DNA of 64,000 nt from Syntrophorhabdaceae bacterium (GTDB lineage Bacteria > Desulfobacterota > Syntrophorhabdia > Syntrophorhabdales > Syntrophorhabdaceae), in assembly GCA_963665295.1 (NCBI GenBank), contig OY762209.1, forward strand, positions 352,001 to 416,000, given 5' to 3'. Within the stretch, counting starts at the first letter, position 1; every line of letters starts with the position of its first letter. Shown here in pieces: positions 21,263 through 31,623 of this stretch. Below the pieces are notes generated by a model that searched no databases, had not been told where the DNA came from, and saw nothing but the letters and a program-made list of their open reading frames with translations. A program made the position numbers and the translations under genes.

Positions 21263-21586
21263 ATGTCATGGAATAAGAATGCAGGAGGCAGACCCGTGGA
21301 ACCCAAACATATACTGACCCTCGATGAGACCGCCAAGAGACTTGGATTAAGCAGAAACAGGGTGCGATCTTATGTGGATGAGCGTCGCCTGACCCCGGAA
21401 TACGTGAACAACAACGGGACACCCTACTGGTCGCCGGAATTTGTTGAGAGACTGAAACAGGTTCTTGATATACAGCGCGCCCAAAAGGTGGTGGGACGCA
21501 AACCGAAAATGATAATCGATCCCGATTACGAACCACCCCGGCAGCGGGCCGGGACAGACCGGGAAGCAGGGGATAGCAGTAGCTGA
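21263..21586 (+). CDS. Small HTH DNA-binding protein (excisionase/MerR-like)
   Basis: LTLDETAKRLGLSRNRVRSYV fits an HTH_17-type helix-turn-helix. Confidence 0.6.
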   Translation: MSWNKNAGGRPVEPKHILTLDETAKRLGLSRNRVRSYVDERRLTPEYVNNNGTPYWSPEFVERLKQVLDIQRAQKVVGRKPKMIIDPDYEPPRQRAGTDREAGDSSS

Positions 21587-21645
21587 CCCTTCGGCATAGC
21601 CGCAAAGCACCGAACCTGCGTCACGTGAGAAGGAGAAGAAGATTC

Positions 21646-24279
21646 ATGGACCGCATCAGAGAAATGTTGAATCCCCGATCGGTAGCCCTCATCGGTGCTA
21701 CCGAAAAAGAGAATTCCGTGGGAAGAACCGTCCTCACGAACCTCCTTCACGGCTCCAACCGTTTCGTGTACCCCGTAAATCCCGGCAGGCAGACCGTGCT
21801 CGGTGCCCCATGTTTCCCGTCCATCACGGACCTTCCGGCCCATGTCGATCTGGCCGTCATCGCCGCACCCGCCGCCGCCGTTCCCGGACTCGTGAGGGAG
21901 TGTGGAGAAGCCGGGGTGTCGGGCGCCATCATCCTGTCCGCGGGCTTCGGAAAAGCGGATCCCCGGGAAAGAGAGTTGGAAAAGGAAATCATCCATGTCC
22001 GCAGGAAGTGCGGAATGAGGGTCATCGGCCCCAACTGCCTGGGAGTCATCCTTCCCCATATCGGCCTCAATACCACCTTCCTCGCGACGAACCCCAAGCC
22101 GGGTAAGATCGCCCTTATATCCCGGGCCCTGGGCGATGCGATACTCGATTGGGGCGGCACCATGGGCATAGGCTTCAGCATGTTCGCGTCCCTCGGCTCC
22201 ATGATAGACGTGGGATACGGCGATCTCATCGACTTTCTCACCGACGATTACAGAACCAGGAGCATGATGATCTACATGGAGAATGTGGGAGACGCGAGAA
22301 GGTTCATCAGCGCCGCCCGCGGCTTCGCCCTGAGCAAACCCATTGTCGTGCTGAAACCGGGTCGGTCACGGGCCGGCGCCCGGTTTATCTCCACCCGCGC
22401 AGGGGGACCGGCGGGAGACGACCGGGTGTATGATGCCGTCTTCAAACGGGTTGGCGCGGCAAGGGTGCGGGAGGTATCGGACCTGCTCAATATGGCGGGA
22501 GTCCTCGACTCGCCCCGCCTGCCCAGAGGTCCGAGACTTGCCATCATCACGAATGCGGGGGATGTGGGAATCCTGGCTGCTGATACCCTGACGGAACTCG
22601 GGGGCACCCTGGCGGGACTCTCCGGCAACGACACGGATAAGCTCGACCTCTATCTGCCCGAACAGTGGACCCGGGACGATCCGGTCGACATAGGGGGAAC
22701 TACGGATACAGGACGGTATATGAACACCATCGAGGCCTGTCTCGGCGATGCAGGGGTGGACGGCATCCTGGTGATCTACACACCACGGGCTGCCGCCCAG
22801 ACAACCGACCTTGCCCGGGCCCTTATCGACATTTCACGGAAGACTGCGAAGCCTGTTATCGTCACCTGGATAGGAGGAGAGCATGCCGCCGAAGGCAGGC
22901 GTATTCTCCTACAGAACAATGTGCCCGCCTACGCAACCCCGGAAGAAGCGGTGAAGACCTACCTCTACATGTACGGTTACCGGCGCAACATCGAGCTTCT
23001 CTACGAGACCCCCGCGGAAGTGGCGCAGAAGGACCCGCCTCTCAAGAATTACCTGAAAACGATCATCCGGAAGGCGGTAACAGAGGGAAGGCCTCTACTG
23101 GGCGCGGAAGCGTCTCTTGACCTGCTCAGGAATTACCGTATCGGGACGGCGAAAACGGCGGTGGTCGGCAACGTGGACCAGATTCCGGGACAAGCCCGGA
23201 AACTCGGTTTCCCTGTATCCCTCACCATACGTTACCTTCGTGAGGGCAGGGACGGCCGGGCTGTTTCCCTGTCAGGAGAGGAGGAAATAGACCGGGTGTG
23301 CGGCGAGGTCAGGCGAAACCTCCACGGGCAGGGCCTCATTGAAGGGCAGGATATGGAGATCATCCTTCAGAAAATGACCGACCCCCAGGCATTGAGGCTG
23401 AAGGTCGCCTCAAGGCGGGACACGGAGTTCCGGACCGTCCTGGTCCTCAGCCCGGACACAGGAAACGGCGATGATGCAGCCATAGGCCTGCCGCCCCTGA
23501 ACAAGACCCTCGCAAGACGTTTCCTCGAAGGGACCCCGGTCTATCACACACTCAGTTGCACCGGCCCGGGGCAGGAGACCATCGGAAAACTTGAAGATGT
23601 CCTGCTCAGCTTTTCGGACCTGGTTATCGATTTCGGAGAAATTGAGAGCTTTGAATTCGTCCTATCAATCGGCAAGTCGGATGTTCTCGCCCAGGAGGTA
23701 TCGGTCGTTCCCTCACGGCACTATGACGATTCCCGTTCCTATCCCCACCTCGTGATCACCCCTTATCCCTCGCGCTACATGACCGCGTGGAACCTTCCCG
23801 ATGGAACCGACGTCCTTTTGAGGCCCGTCCGGCCCGAAGACGAGTCCATGGTCAGGGAGATGCTTGACAGTCTGTCCGAAGAGACGTTACGAGTGAGGTA
23901 TTTCACTGTCCGGGAGATAGACCACGACCTTCTCATACGGTCCTGCAATATCGACTACGACCGGGAAGTAGCGATAATCGCAGAGATAAAGCATACCGGA
24001 GGGAAAAAGATGGTCGGGGGGGCCAGACTCATCAGGGAGCCGGGCTCGGCAAGAGGCCAGTTCGCCATCCTGGTACACGATGATTACCAGGGCATGGGAT
24101 TGGGGGCAAAGCTGATCGACACCCTCATAGGCATAGCCCACGATAAGCGGCTGGAGGAGATGTACGGTCTTGTGCTGACCGAGAACCAGAGGATGCTTGC
24201 CCTGGCCGCCAAATTCGGATTCGAATTGAAGCGCGAACCGGAAGGCATCTCCAGGGTCACTTTGTCCTTCACGACCTGA
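21646..24279 (+). CDS. Acyl-CoA synthetase (NDP-forming)-GNAT fusion, Pat/PatZ-type protein acetyltransferase
   Basis: CoA-binding N-terminus (PRSVALIGA, GPNCLG) and C-terminal GNAT (LRPVRPEDE, IDYDREVA, QGMGLG). Confidence 0.88.
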   Translation: MDRIREMLNPRSVALIGATEKENSVGRTVLTNLLHGSNRFVYPVNPGRQTVLGAPCFPSITDLPAHVDLAVIAAPAAAVPGLVRECGEAGVSGAIILSAGFGKADPRERELEKEIIHVRRKCGMRVIGPNCLGVILPHIGLNTTFLATNPKPGKIALISRALGDAILDWGGTMGIGFSMFASLGSMIDVGYGDLIDFLTDDYRTRSMMIYMENVGDARRFISAARGFALSKPIVVLKPGRSRAGARFISTRAGGPAGDDRVYDAVFKRVGAARVREVSDLLNMAGVLDSPRLPRGPRLAIITNAGDVGILAADTLTELGGTLAGLSGNDTDKLDLYLPEQWTRDDPVDIGGTTDTGRYMNTIEACLGDAGVDGILVIYTPRAAAQTTDLARALIDISRKTAKPVIVTWIGGEHAAEGRRILLQNNVPAYATPEEAVKTYLYMYGYRRNIELLYETPAEVAQKDPPLKNYLKTIIRKAVTEGRPLLGAEASLDLLRNYRIGTAKTAVVGNVDQIPGQARKLGFPVSLTIRYLREGRDGRAVSLSGEEEIDRVCGEVRRNLHGQGLIEGQDMEIILQKMTDPQALRLKVASRRDTEFRTVLVLSPDTGNGDDAAIGLPPLNKTLARRFLEGTPVYHTLSCTGPGQETIGKLEDVLLSFSDLVIDFGEIESFEFVLSIGKSDVLAQEVSVVPSRHYDDSRSYPHLVITPYPSRYMTAWNLPDGTDVLLRPVRPEDESMVREMLDSLSEETLRVRYFTVREIDHDLLIRSCNIDYDREVAIIAEIKHTGGKKMVGGARLIREPGSARGQFAILVHDDYQGMGLGAKLIDTLIGIAHDKRLEEMYGLVLTENQRMLALAAKFGFELKREPEGISRVTLSFTT

Positions 24280-24373
24280 CAAGAAAAAGGGGTATCTCTT
24301 CTCCCGCGCCATATTTTCCCTCCACCCTGCGACAAATGTCGTGGGCGGATTGCCGCGAATGGCTTTGAGCGAT

Positions 24374-24784
24374 CTACTCGCCTTTCGGGCCGGGCCAAAA
24401 ATGGGGATTCCATGCCACCTCCCACAAATGTCCGTCAGGATCGGCGAAATATCCCGAGTAACCACCCCAAAACACATCCTGCGCGGGCTTGATGAGCTTC
24501 CCGCCCGACTCAACGGCCCGATCGATCACATCCCTGACCTCTTCCTTGCTTGACACTACATGGGCCAGGGTAATTCCCCGAAAACCGGCCCCATCGGCCG
24601 TGACCGCGGCATCTTCCGCAAGGGCATTCCACGGATACAATGACAGCCATGAGCCGTCCAGCATGAAGAAGGCGGCGCCTCCCTCAAAGGGCATTCGGGG
24701 AAAACCGAGTCCCCTTTCGTAGAACCGGACCGCCCTTTCCATATCCGCAACACCGAGAGTAATCATGTTGATCCGCGGTTTCAT
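24374..24784 (-). CDS. VOC/glyoxalase family protein
   Basis: ITLGVAD...FY and FWGGYSGYFADPDGHLWEVAWNP. Confidence 0.9.
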   Translation of the reverse strand: MKPRINMITLGVADMERAVRFYERGLGFPRMPFEGGAAFFMLDGSWLSLYPWNALAEDAAVTADGAGFRGITLAHVVSSKEEVRDVIDRAVESGGKLIKPAQDVFWGGYSGYFADPDGHLWEVAWNPHFWPGPKGE

Positions 24785-25139
24785 TATTCATCTCCTTTGA
24801 GTATAGCGAAGTATTCAGCAGCAGGCCGGCGTTTCCCGCCAATTCCGTTTCCCCGACTCCCGCCCACAGATTCATTATCCTTGAAATCAGGGTCACTTTC
24901 AAGGGGAAAGCAGGGGAACAGCTACCGGGCCTCAACCGCTCTCATCGGCCGCGCAGAGATACTGCATCGGGGACCCGGATGGCGGCGGGAAACAGATGCC
25001 GGGCATCCAAACGGATCCTTTACACAAAGGAATTTACTTATACCGCGCCGTAGCGTATGATTGAAACAGATCCTTCCGGTCCCGGCTTGTCCGGGCCGGT
25101 GGTGATGCCCGACATTCAGACAAAGGAGAAAATCACCGG

Positions 25140-25892
25140 TTGGAAGCAACGTGTCTCGTCATATCGGCGCTGGTCATGGAGTTCATCGACAGCTTTCTGG
25201 GTATGATGTATGGGACGGTCCTGGCGCCTCTCCTCATCATCATGAATTACGGCACGAAGGACGTAGTGCCCTCCATCCTTATTTCCCAGGCCATAGGTGG
25301 TTTCATCGCCTCCTGGCGCCATCACTGTTTCAGGAACGCCGACTTCAACCGGGGCGCCACGGACCGGCACATTGCAGTAACGATCATCTGGTTCGGCGTC
25401 TTTGCCTGCCTCGCCGGCGTATTCCTCTCCGTGTCCATATCCCCCAAAGCCCTGAATACCTATATCGGTCTTCTCGTAACCGTCATCGGCGTCCTCATCC
25501 TCTGCAGACAATCCCTTGTCCTGACCGACGGGAAGGTGTATCTCCTCGGATTCGTGAGCGCCTTCAACAAGGCCTTGTCCGGGGGTGGATTCGGCCCCCT
25601 TGTTGCGGGAGGACAGCTTGTGTTTCGCGACCGGTCCGAAAAAGGGGCCATCGGTTCCACCGACTTCGCGGAAGCCCCGATCTGCCTCTTCAGCTTTCTT
25701 CTCTGGGTAGCCTTCAAAGGATTCCCCTCCCCGCGCCTGTGGGTACCCCTCTCGATAGGTTCCGCCATCGGCGGCTTCTTCGGGCCCAGGTGCCTGAGCG
25801 CGATACAGTCAAAGGAGAAGCTGAAACGGTTGTTGGGCGTCCTGGTTCTTCTGGAAGGCGTCTGGGTCCTTTACAAGGTTTGGATCAGGTAG
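25140..25892 (+). CDS. TauE/SafE family sulfite/sulfur-compound transporter
   Basis: Multi-TM protein with DSFLGMMYGT and GGGFGP. First gene of the cysD-cysNC operon; TTG start. Confidence 0.75.
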   Translation: MEATCLVISALVMEFIDSFLGMMYGTVLAPLLIIMNYGTKDVVPSILISQAIGGFIASWRHHCFRNADFNRGATDRHIAVTIIWFGVFACLAGVFLSVSISPKALNTYIGLLVTVIGVLILCRQSLVLTDGKVYLLGFVSAFNKALSGGGFGPLVAGGQLVFRDRSEKGAIGSTDFAEAPICLFSFLLWVAFKGFPSPRLWVPLSIGSAIGGFFGPRCLSAIQSKEKLKRLLGVLVLLEGVWVLYKVWIR

Positions 25893-25896
25893 GTCC

Positions 25897-26823
25897 GTGA
25901 ACTCGTACCGGCTCTCCTATCTTCAGCACCTCGAATCGGAATCGATCCACATCATGCGGGAAGTGGCTGCCGGGTTTAAGAACCCCGTCATGCTCTATTC
26001 CGCGGGCAAGGATTCGAGCGTGATGGTGCGGCTGGCCCAGAAGGCATTCTATCCGGGCACGTTTCCCTTTCCCCTCATGCACATCGATACGGGATTCAAG
26101 TTCCCCGAGATGTACGCCTTCCGGGAGGAATTCTGCCGGAGGATCGGAGCGGAGCTTATTGTGGAGAGGAATGAACCCTGGATTGCCCGGGGTTGTCACC
26201 CTCTCACCACCGGCGTCGACAAATGTTGCAGCTATCTGAAGACGGGCGCCTTGCTCGACGCGATTCGCACCCACGGGTTTGATGCGGCATTCGGCGGGGC
26301 AAGGCGTGAAGAGGAGAAATCCCGGGCCAAGGAGCGGGTCTTTTCCCTGAGGGACGCCTCCGGTCAATGGGACCCGAAGCATCAGCGGCCCGAGTTATGG
26401 GACCTCTACAATACCCGGATCAACGAGGGAGAAACGGTGCGGGTCTTTCCCTTGAGCAACTGGACGGAGCAGGACATCTGGGAATACATCAAGGCGGAGG
26501 AGATTCCCGTGGTACCCATCTATTTCGCCTCCGAACGGGAGGTGGTCATCCGTAACGGCATACTTATCCCCCTTGCCGCCTGTTCGGCAGGCAACCACCA
26601 GACCCAAAGGGACCGGGCCGGAGAAAAGGTCGAAAGAGTCATGTGCCGGTTCCGCTCGTTGGGCTGCATTCCGTGCACCGGTGCGGTCGCTTCGAAGGCG
26701 GCCACTATCGACGACATCATCGTCGAAGTCCGGGCCGCGAGAAAATCAGAAAGGGAAAACCGCGTCATTGATCTCACGAGTGACAGCTCCATGGAACAGA
26801 AGAAGCGGGAGGGGTATTTCTGA
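25897..26823 (+). CDS. cysD: Sulfate adenylyltransferase subunit 2
   Basis: LESESIHIMRE, YSAGKDS, GGARREEEKSRAKER and MEQKKREGYF. Confidence 0.95.
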   Translation: MNSYRLSYLQHLESESIHIMREVAAGFKNPVMLYSAGKDSSVMVRLAQKAFYPGTFPFPLMHIDTGFKFPEMYAFREEFCRRIGAELIVERNEPWIARGCHPLTTGVDKCCSYLKTGALLDAIRTHGFDAAFGGARREEEKSRAKERVFSLRDASGQWDPKHQRPELWDLYNTRINEGETVRVFPLSNWTEQDIWEYIKAEEIPVVPIYFASEREVVIRNGILIPLAACSAGNHQTQRDRAGEKVERVMCRFRSLGCIPCTGAVASKAATIDDIIVEVRAARKSERENRVIDLTSDSSMEQKKREGYF

Positions 26824-28751
26824 TGCCTTACGGCGAAAAGTCCCTTCTCCGGTTCACCGCCACGGGCAGCGTGGATGACGGGAAATCCACCCTTATCGGC
26901 AGGCTCCTCTACGAGACGAAATCCGTTTATGAAGACCAGTACGAGGCGATCGAGCGGACTTCCAGGAGAAAGGGATTCAAGGAGGTCGATCTCGCCTGGC
27001 TTCTCGACGGCCTTGCCGCGGAGCGGGAACAGGGCATCACCATCGACGTGGCCCATCGCTATTTCGAGACGGATAAGCGCAAGTTCATCATTACCGACAC
27101 GCCCGGCCATGTCCAGTATACGAGAAACATGGTCACGGGGGCATCGATTGCCGATTGCGCCGTTATCCTCATCGACGCCCGGAACGGGGTCCTTACCCAG
27201 TCCAAAAGGCACGGGTTCATCCTCTCTCTCCTGCAGATCCCCCACCTCGTGGTGGCAGTCAACAAGATGGACCTCGTGGGGTACGCGGAGGAGGTCTATG
27301 CCCGCATCGTAGAGGCGTACCAGGATTATTCCCAGAAACTGGACATCCACGACATCACCTTTATCCCCGTATCAGCCCTGAAGGGGGATAACGTAGTGAG
27401 AAAGAGCACCCGCATGGGCTGGTATGAGGGCGCACCCCTTCTCCACCACCTCGAAAACATCCACGTCGCTGCCGGCAGGAACCTTGTGGACTTCCGCTTT
27501 CCCGTCCAGTATGTAATCCGTCCCCACCAGAATTTCCGGGGTTTTGCGGGAAAGATCGCCTCGGGAACCATCACCCCGGGAGAAGAGATCGTGGTCCTGC
27601 CCTCCGGGACCGGGGCCGCGGTAAAGACCATCACCACCTACGACGGCGATCTGCAAGAGGCCTTCGCCCCTCAATCGGTGGTGCTTACCCTGGACAGGGA
27701 GATCGATGTAAGCCGGGGGGACATGATCGTCCGGAAGAGGAACCTGCCCCAGGGCGAAACCCGTCTCGACGCGATGGTCTGCTGGATGGACGAGACGGCG
27801 TCGTCCATGGCCGTTTCCTACATCATGAAGCAGACGACGCGCCACGTCCGGGCAGTTATCAAAAAGATAGTCTATAAGATAGACGTGGATACCCTGCACC
27901 GGACTCCGGCCGACGCCTTTTCGCTGAACGAGATCGGCAGGGTGGAAATCTCCACCGCTTCTCCCATCTTCTTCGATCCCTATAAGGCCAACCGCGCCAC
28001 AGGCAGCTTTATCCTCATTGATCCCCTGACCCACAACACGGTTGCCGCGGGAATGATCCGGGGTGTGCCCGGCCACGTTCATGGCATCCCCGGTGGGGGC
28101 GGCCGGATAGGGAAAGAGGGGCCCATATCGCCCCACGTCGTGTGGAAGGCCGGGAACATCCCCCTCAAGGCAAGGGAAGAGCGAAACGGCCACCGCTCCG
28201 CCGTGCTCTGGTTCACGGGCTTTTCCGGCTCAGGCAAATCGACCGTCGCCGGACTGCTGGAACAGAGACTCTTCGACGCGGGCTGCCGGACCATGCTCCT
28301 CGACGGAGACCACCTCAGGCACGGCCTCTGCGGAGACCTCGGGTTCTCCGAAAAGGACCGGCAGGAGAATATACGCCGCGCAGGGGAGACGGCGAAGCTC
28401 TTCTTTGAGGCGGGGCATATCGTCCTGTGCACCTTTATCTCCCCTTTCGCGAGAGACAGGCGGTTCGTCCGTTCCCTCTTCCCGGAAAAGAGCTTCTTCG
28501 AGGTCCATGTCAAGTGCGGCATTGAGACGTGCATCAGCCGCGATCCCCACGGTCTCTATAAGAAGGCCCTCGCAGGAGATATCCCCGGGTTTACCGGCAT
28601 CAGTTCTCCCTACGAAGAACCGACGGTCCCTGAAATCGTCGTGGATACGGATTTTCAAAGTGTGGAGGAAAGCAACACCCTTCTCTTCGGCAGGCTGATA
28701 GAAGAGGGGATCGTCCCTTCATGTCCGCTTCCTCCGCAAGGCTTTTCATGA
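26823..28751 (+). CDS. cysNC: Bifunctional sulfate adenylyltransferase subunit 1 / APS kinase
   Basis: GTPase motifs GSVDDGKST, EREQGITIDVA and NKMD; C-terminal APS kinase WFTGFSGSGKST, LDGD, FTGISSPYE. Confidence 0.95.
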   Translation: MPYGEKSLLRFTATGSVDDGKSTLIGRLLYETKSVYEDQYEAIERTSRRKGFKEVDLAWLLDGLAAEREQGITIDVAHRYFETDKRKFIITDTPGHVQYTRNMVTGASIADCAVILIDARNGVLTQSKRHGFILSLLQIPHLVVAVNKMDLVGYAEEVYARIVEAYQDYSQKLDIHDITFIPVSALKGDNVVRKSTRMGWYEGAPLLHHLENIHVAAGRNLVDFRFPVQYVIRPHQNFRGFAGKIASGTITPGEEIVVLPSGTGAAVKTITTYDGDLQEAFAPQSVVLTLDREIDVSRGDMIVRKRNLPQGETRLDAMVCWMDETASSMAVSYIMKQTTRHVRAVIKKIVYKIDVDTLHRTPADAFSLNEIGRVEISTASPIFFDPYKANRATGSFILIDPLTHNTVAAGMIRGVPGHVHGIPGGGGRIGKEGPISPHVVWKAGNIPLKAREERNGHRSAVLWFTGFSGSGKSTVAGLLEQRLFDAGCRTMLLDGDHLRHGLCGDLGFSEKDRQENIRRAGETAKLFFEAGHIVLCTFISPFARDRRFVRSLFPEKSFFEVHVKCGIETCISRDPHGLYKKALAGDIPGFTGISSPYEEPTVPEIVVDTDFQSVEESNTLLFGRLIEEGIVPSCPLPPQGFS

Positions 28752-28817
28752 TGCAGCGGCACTCCCCGTAGCAAGAGGGAGTGCCGCGCCATAACAAATT
28801 TTGTCAAACCGACCGGT

Positions 28818-29351
28818 TCAGGGCCTAGCCGGGTATGTCCCATCCCAGCAGATGCAGAAGTTTAGCGCCTGGAACGGTTGCCTGTTTTCGTGGCTCTGCC
28901 CGTCGCCCCCGCTTATCTGAACGGTAAGAGGACTCAGGGAAGCGAGGTTTGCAGCGGCCTCCTTATAGAACTTGGGATTGCCGGGGGTGCCGCCCTTAAC
29001 GGCCGCCACTATCATTCCAGCCGGATTGGAGGTCGTGGCGGCTTCCTGTTCCGCATAGGCGGTGTGGGTATGGCCGGGCATCGTGTCTATCGACAATGCC
29101 ACCCCTGCGGCTCCTCTTGTCTGGCCCAGGCTCCATGGGGACAGACCCGGGCCTGTTCCCATGCCCACGGGCACCGTCTGGGAAAGGTCCGGCACGTTGA
29201 AGACTTTATTGTTGCCGCCGTAAGTATTTCCGATAACCTGATAGAGAGCCTGGTACTGCTGGACATTCACCTGCTGCCCATTGCAAAATAACCAGCCCAT
29301 CGGCTCGTAGTCATATGTAAACACTCTGATTTCACCGACAAATCCATCCAT
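28818..29351 (-). CDS. Phage tail collar domain protein (MdpB-like), type C, copy 2
   Basis: GEIR...GWLFCNGQ...PDL, HTH, HENRQP, FCIC. Confidence 0.9.
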   Translation of the reverse strand: MDGFVGEIRVFTYDYEPMGWLFCNGQQVNVQQYQALYQVIGNTYGGNNKVFNVPDLSQTVPVGMGTGPGLSPWSLGQTRGAAGVALSIDTMPGHTHTAYAEQEAATTSNPAGMIVAAVKGGTPGNPKFYKEAAANLASLSPLTVQISGGDGQSHENRQPFQALNFCICWDGTYPARP

Positions 29352-29366
29352 AGCATCCTCCTCTCG

Positions 29367-29888
29367 TTATTGGCCTGAAGGGAACAGCCCGCTTGCTGCG
29401 ATAATGAAATTGACGCATGACGAAGGCATTATGTTCGCATGGGGCATGCCTCCTCCGGTGCTCATTATTGCCCTCGGATCGAGGGCCATGGGATTTGTCT
29501 TCGCGTCATACAAAGGAACATCCGCTGCCGTTACAGCCGGCATCACCCCCGTCCCCGGCATGGCGGTCGCAGCCGCAGCCGGGGAAGCCGCCAGTCCGTG
29601 AGCGTGCGGGGGCCATCCGTCTGCGGGGACAACCACCGCTTCCGTGCCGAAATACTGGCCTATTGGCCTTGGAGTCAGCCCCGTTCCGGCGCCCTGGCCT
29701 ACGGGGAGCCTTCCACGAAAGTCGGGTACGCAAAAAGTCTGTGCACCGTTGCCGCCAAAAGTCGTACTCAGCACGGCAAAGAGGTTGGGGTACTGCGATA
29801 TGGGCAGCTCACTCCCATCACATAACAGCCATCCCTGGGGGGCATAGTTTCCCGCAAACATCTTTATCTCTCCTATAAAAGGTTGCAT
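29367..29888 (-). CDS. Phage tail collar domain protein, type B, copy 2
   Basis: GEIKMFAGNYAP.GW..CDG, PDFRGR, HAH, HANIMP, NFII. Confidence 0.9.
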   Translation of the reverse strand: MQPFIGEIKMFAGNYAPQGWLLCDGSELPISQYPNLFAVLSTTFGGNGAQTFCVPDFRGRLPVGQGAGTGLTPRPIGQYFGTEAVVVPADGWPPHAHGLAASPAAAATAMPGTGVMPAVTAADVPLYDAKTNPMALDPRAIMSTGGGMPHANIMPSSCVNFIIAASGLFPSGQ

Positions 29889-29908
29889 TGTTCCCTCCTT
29901 ATGTTTTC

Positions 29909-30418
29909 CTATTGCCTCGACGGATAGAGCCCCGTTGTCGCTATGTAATACGCAGCCACAAGGGATGGTTGCATGTTGCTGTGGCTCTGTGCGCCGCCCG
30001 AAGAACTCGTGCTGTCGTCCATTGCCACTGTGTTGGCGGGCGCTCCGTACAAGTTCGTGGTAGATGCGGCAAGGAGCCGGTTGGAATTCGTTCCCACCCC
30101 GGGCTTGTCGGCATTTTCAGAGCTCCCTATGTACCCATGCATATGGGGCGGAACGGTAACCGTACTCAGAGCCACCGTTTCCGCGCCCCCCATGGTCCCT
30201 ACCACGCAAGCCCCGTAGAAAAACATCGGGGTCCTCCCCCTTAAGTCGGGGATACCGAAAGTCGCCTTTCCGTCTCCGCCGTACCGGATGCCGAGAAGAG
30301 CATAGAGTGCCTGGTTTTGCGCAATCTGCAACAACCTCCCGTCACACGGGAGCCACCCGTACATGTCCTTCACGAACCCCATCAATCTTATTTCACCTAA
30401 ATAAGGTTCCATCGCCAT
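29909..30418 (-). CDS. Phage tail collar domain protein, type A, copy 2
   Basis: GEIR...GWLPCDG, PDLRGRTP, HMH, HSNMQP. Confidence 0.9.
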   Translation of the reverse strand: MAMEPYLGEIRLMGFVKDMYGWLPCDGRLLQIAQNQALYALLGIRYGGDGKATFGIPDLRGRTPMFFYGACVVGTMGGAETVALSTVTVPPHMHGYIGSSENADKPGVGTNSNRLLAASTTNLYGAPANTVAMDDSTSSSGGAQSHSNMQPSLVAAYYIATTGLYPSRQ

Positions 30419-30528
30419 ACCTCCTCTGTTTGATTAGAAAACCTTTGTCCGAACTCTCTTCCTCGAAGGTCCACCTCCATTCCGTGGCAGGATACCGACC
30501 TCGTAACAGATCCGTCGATCAACCCGTT

Positions 30529-31071
30529 TCATCCAGGCCGGCGCGGAAATATCCCGTCATAACAGATGCAAAAATTCACCGCCTGGCACGGTTGCATGTT
30601 GTTATGGCCCTTCCGGTCACCCGACAACTCAACAGCAGCCTTGTCCAGGTAAACCAGGTATTGCGCCTGAGCGTTCGCTCTATAGAACTGCGGGTTGCCC
30701 GGGGTACCGGCCTTGACCGAAGCGACTATCATCCCTGCCGGGTCCGAAGTCGTGGCGTTTTCCTGCTCCGCATAAGCCTGGTGGGAGTGACTCGGTATCT
30801 GGTCGGCAGTCAGCGACACGAGCGTTTCCCCGCCCGCTGCGCCCAGACGCCATGGGGACAAGCCCTGGGCAGCCCCCATGCCTACGGGTACGCGGCCCTT
30901 CAGATCAGGCAGATTGAAGCCTTTGGCGTCGCCGCCGTAAGTGTTTCCGATCACCGCGTAGAGAGCTGCATACTGCCGAACGCTCACTTGCTGCCCGTTG
31001 CAGAAGAGCCATCCCTGAGGCTCGAAGTCAAACGAAAACGTCCTTATTTCACCGACATATGGGTCCGCCAT
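30529..31071 (-). CDS. Phage tail collar domain protein, type C, copy 1
   Basis: GEIR...GWLFCNGQ, PDLKGR, HSH, HNNMQP, FCIC. Confidence 0.9.
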   Translation of the reverse strand: MADPYVGEIRTFSFDFEPQGWLFCNGQQVSVRQYAALYAVIGNTYGGDAKGFNLPDLKGRVPVGMGAAQGLSPWRLGAAGGETLVSLTADQIPSHSHQAYAEQENATTSDPAGMIVASVKAGTPGNPQFYRANAQAQYLVYLDKAAVELSGDRKGHNNMQPCQAVNFCICYDGIFPRRPG

Positions 31072-31084
31072 AATATCCTCCTTG

Positions 31085-31606
31085 CTATGGGTTTGAAGGG
31101 AATTCTCCGCTCGTGGCGATAATGAAATTGATGCATGATGAAGGCATCACGTTCGCGTGGGGCTGGTTGCCTCCCGCAACCCCTATCGCCCTCTGATCAA
31201 GGGGCTTGCGGTTTGTCTTTGCGTCATACAAAGGGACCTGGGGCGACGTCTTCGCCAACACCACTTCCTTGCCCGGCGTTCCGGTCACGACCCCCTCCGA
31301 GGAGGCCAGCAACTTGTGATTGTGAGGGGGGCACCCCGTCAATGATATTGTCGCCGTTTCCGCACCGAAGTACTGACCCATCACCCTGCGGGTCAACCCC
31401 GTTCCGAGGCCCTGGCCGACCGGGACCCTCCCGCGCAAGTCGGGCACGCGAAATTTCATCACGCCGTCGCCGCCGTAAGTGATACCCAGCAGGGCAAAGA
31501 GGGCCGGGTTCTCCCCTATGGACAATTCGCTCCCATCACACAGGCACCATCCGTCGGGGGCAAAGTCCCCGGCAAACATTCTTATTTCCCCTATAAAGTT
31601 TTCCAT
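31085..31606 (-). CDS. Phage tail collar domain protein, type B, copy 1
   Basis: GEIRMFAGDFAP, PDLRGR, HNH, HANVMP. Confidence 0.9.
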   Translation of the reverse strand: MENFIGEIRMFAGDFAPDGWCLCDGSELSIGENPALFALLGITYGGDGVMKFRVPDLRGRVPVGQGLGTGLTRRVMGQYFGAETATISLTGCPPHNHKLLASSEGVVTGTPGKEVVLAKTSPQVPLYDAKTNRKPLDQRAIGVAGGNQPHANVMPSSCINFIIATSGEFPSNP

Positions 31607-31623
31607 GGTTCCCTCCTGTCTTC

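Noticed and set aside
21493..21502. GGGACGCAAA resembling part of a c-di-GMP-I riboswitch
   Set aside because: It lies inside a coding region and the flanking stems are not evident.
25045..25056. ops-like element GCGCCGTAGCGT upstream of tauE-cysD
   Set aside because: It mismatches the GGCGGTAG core and no NusG paralog is in the window; too weak to call.
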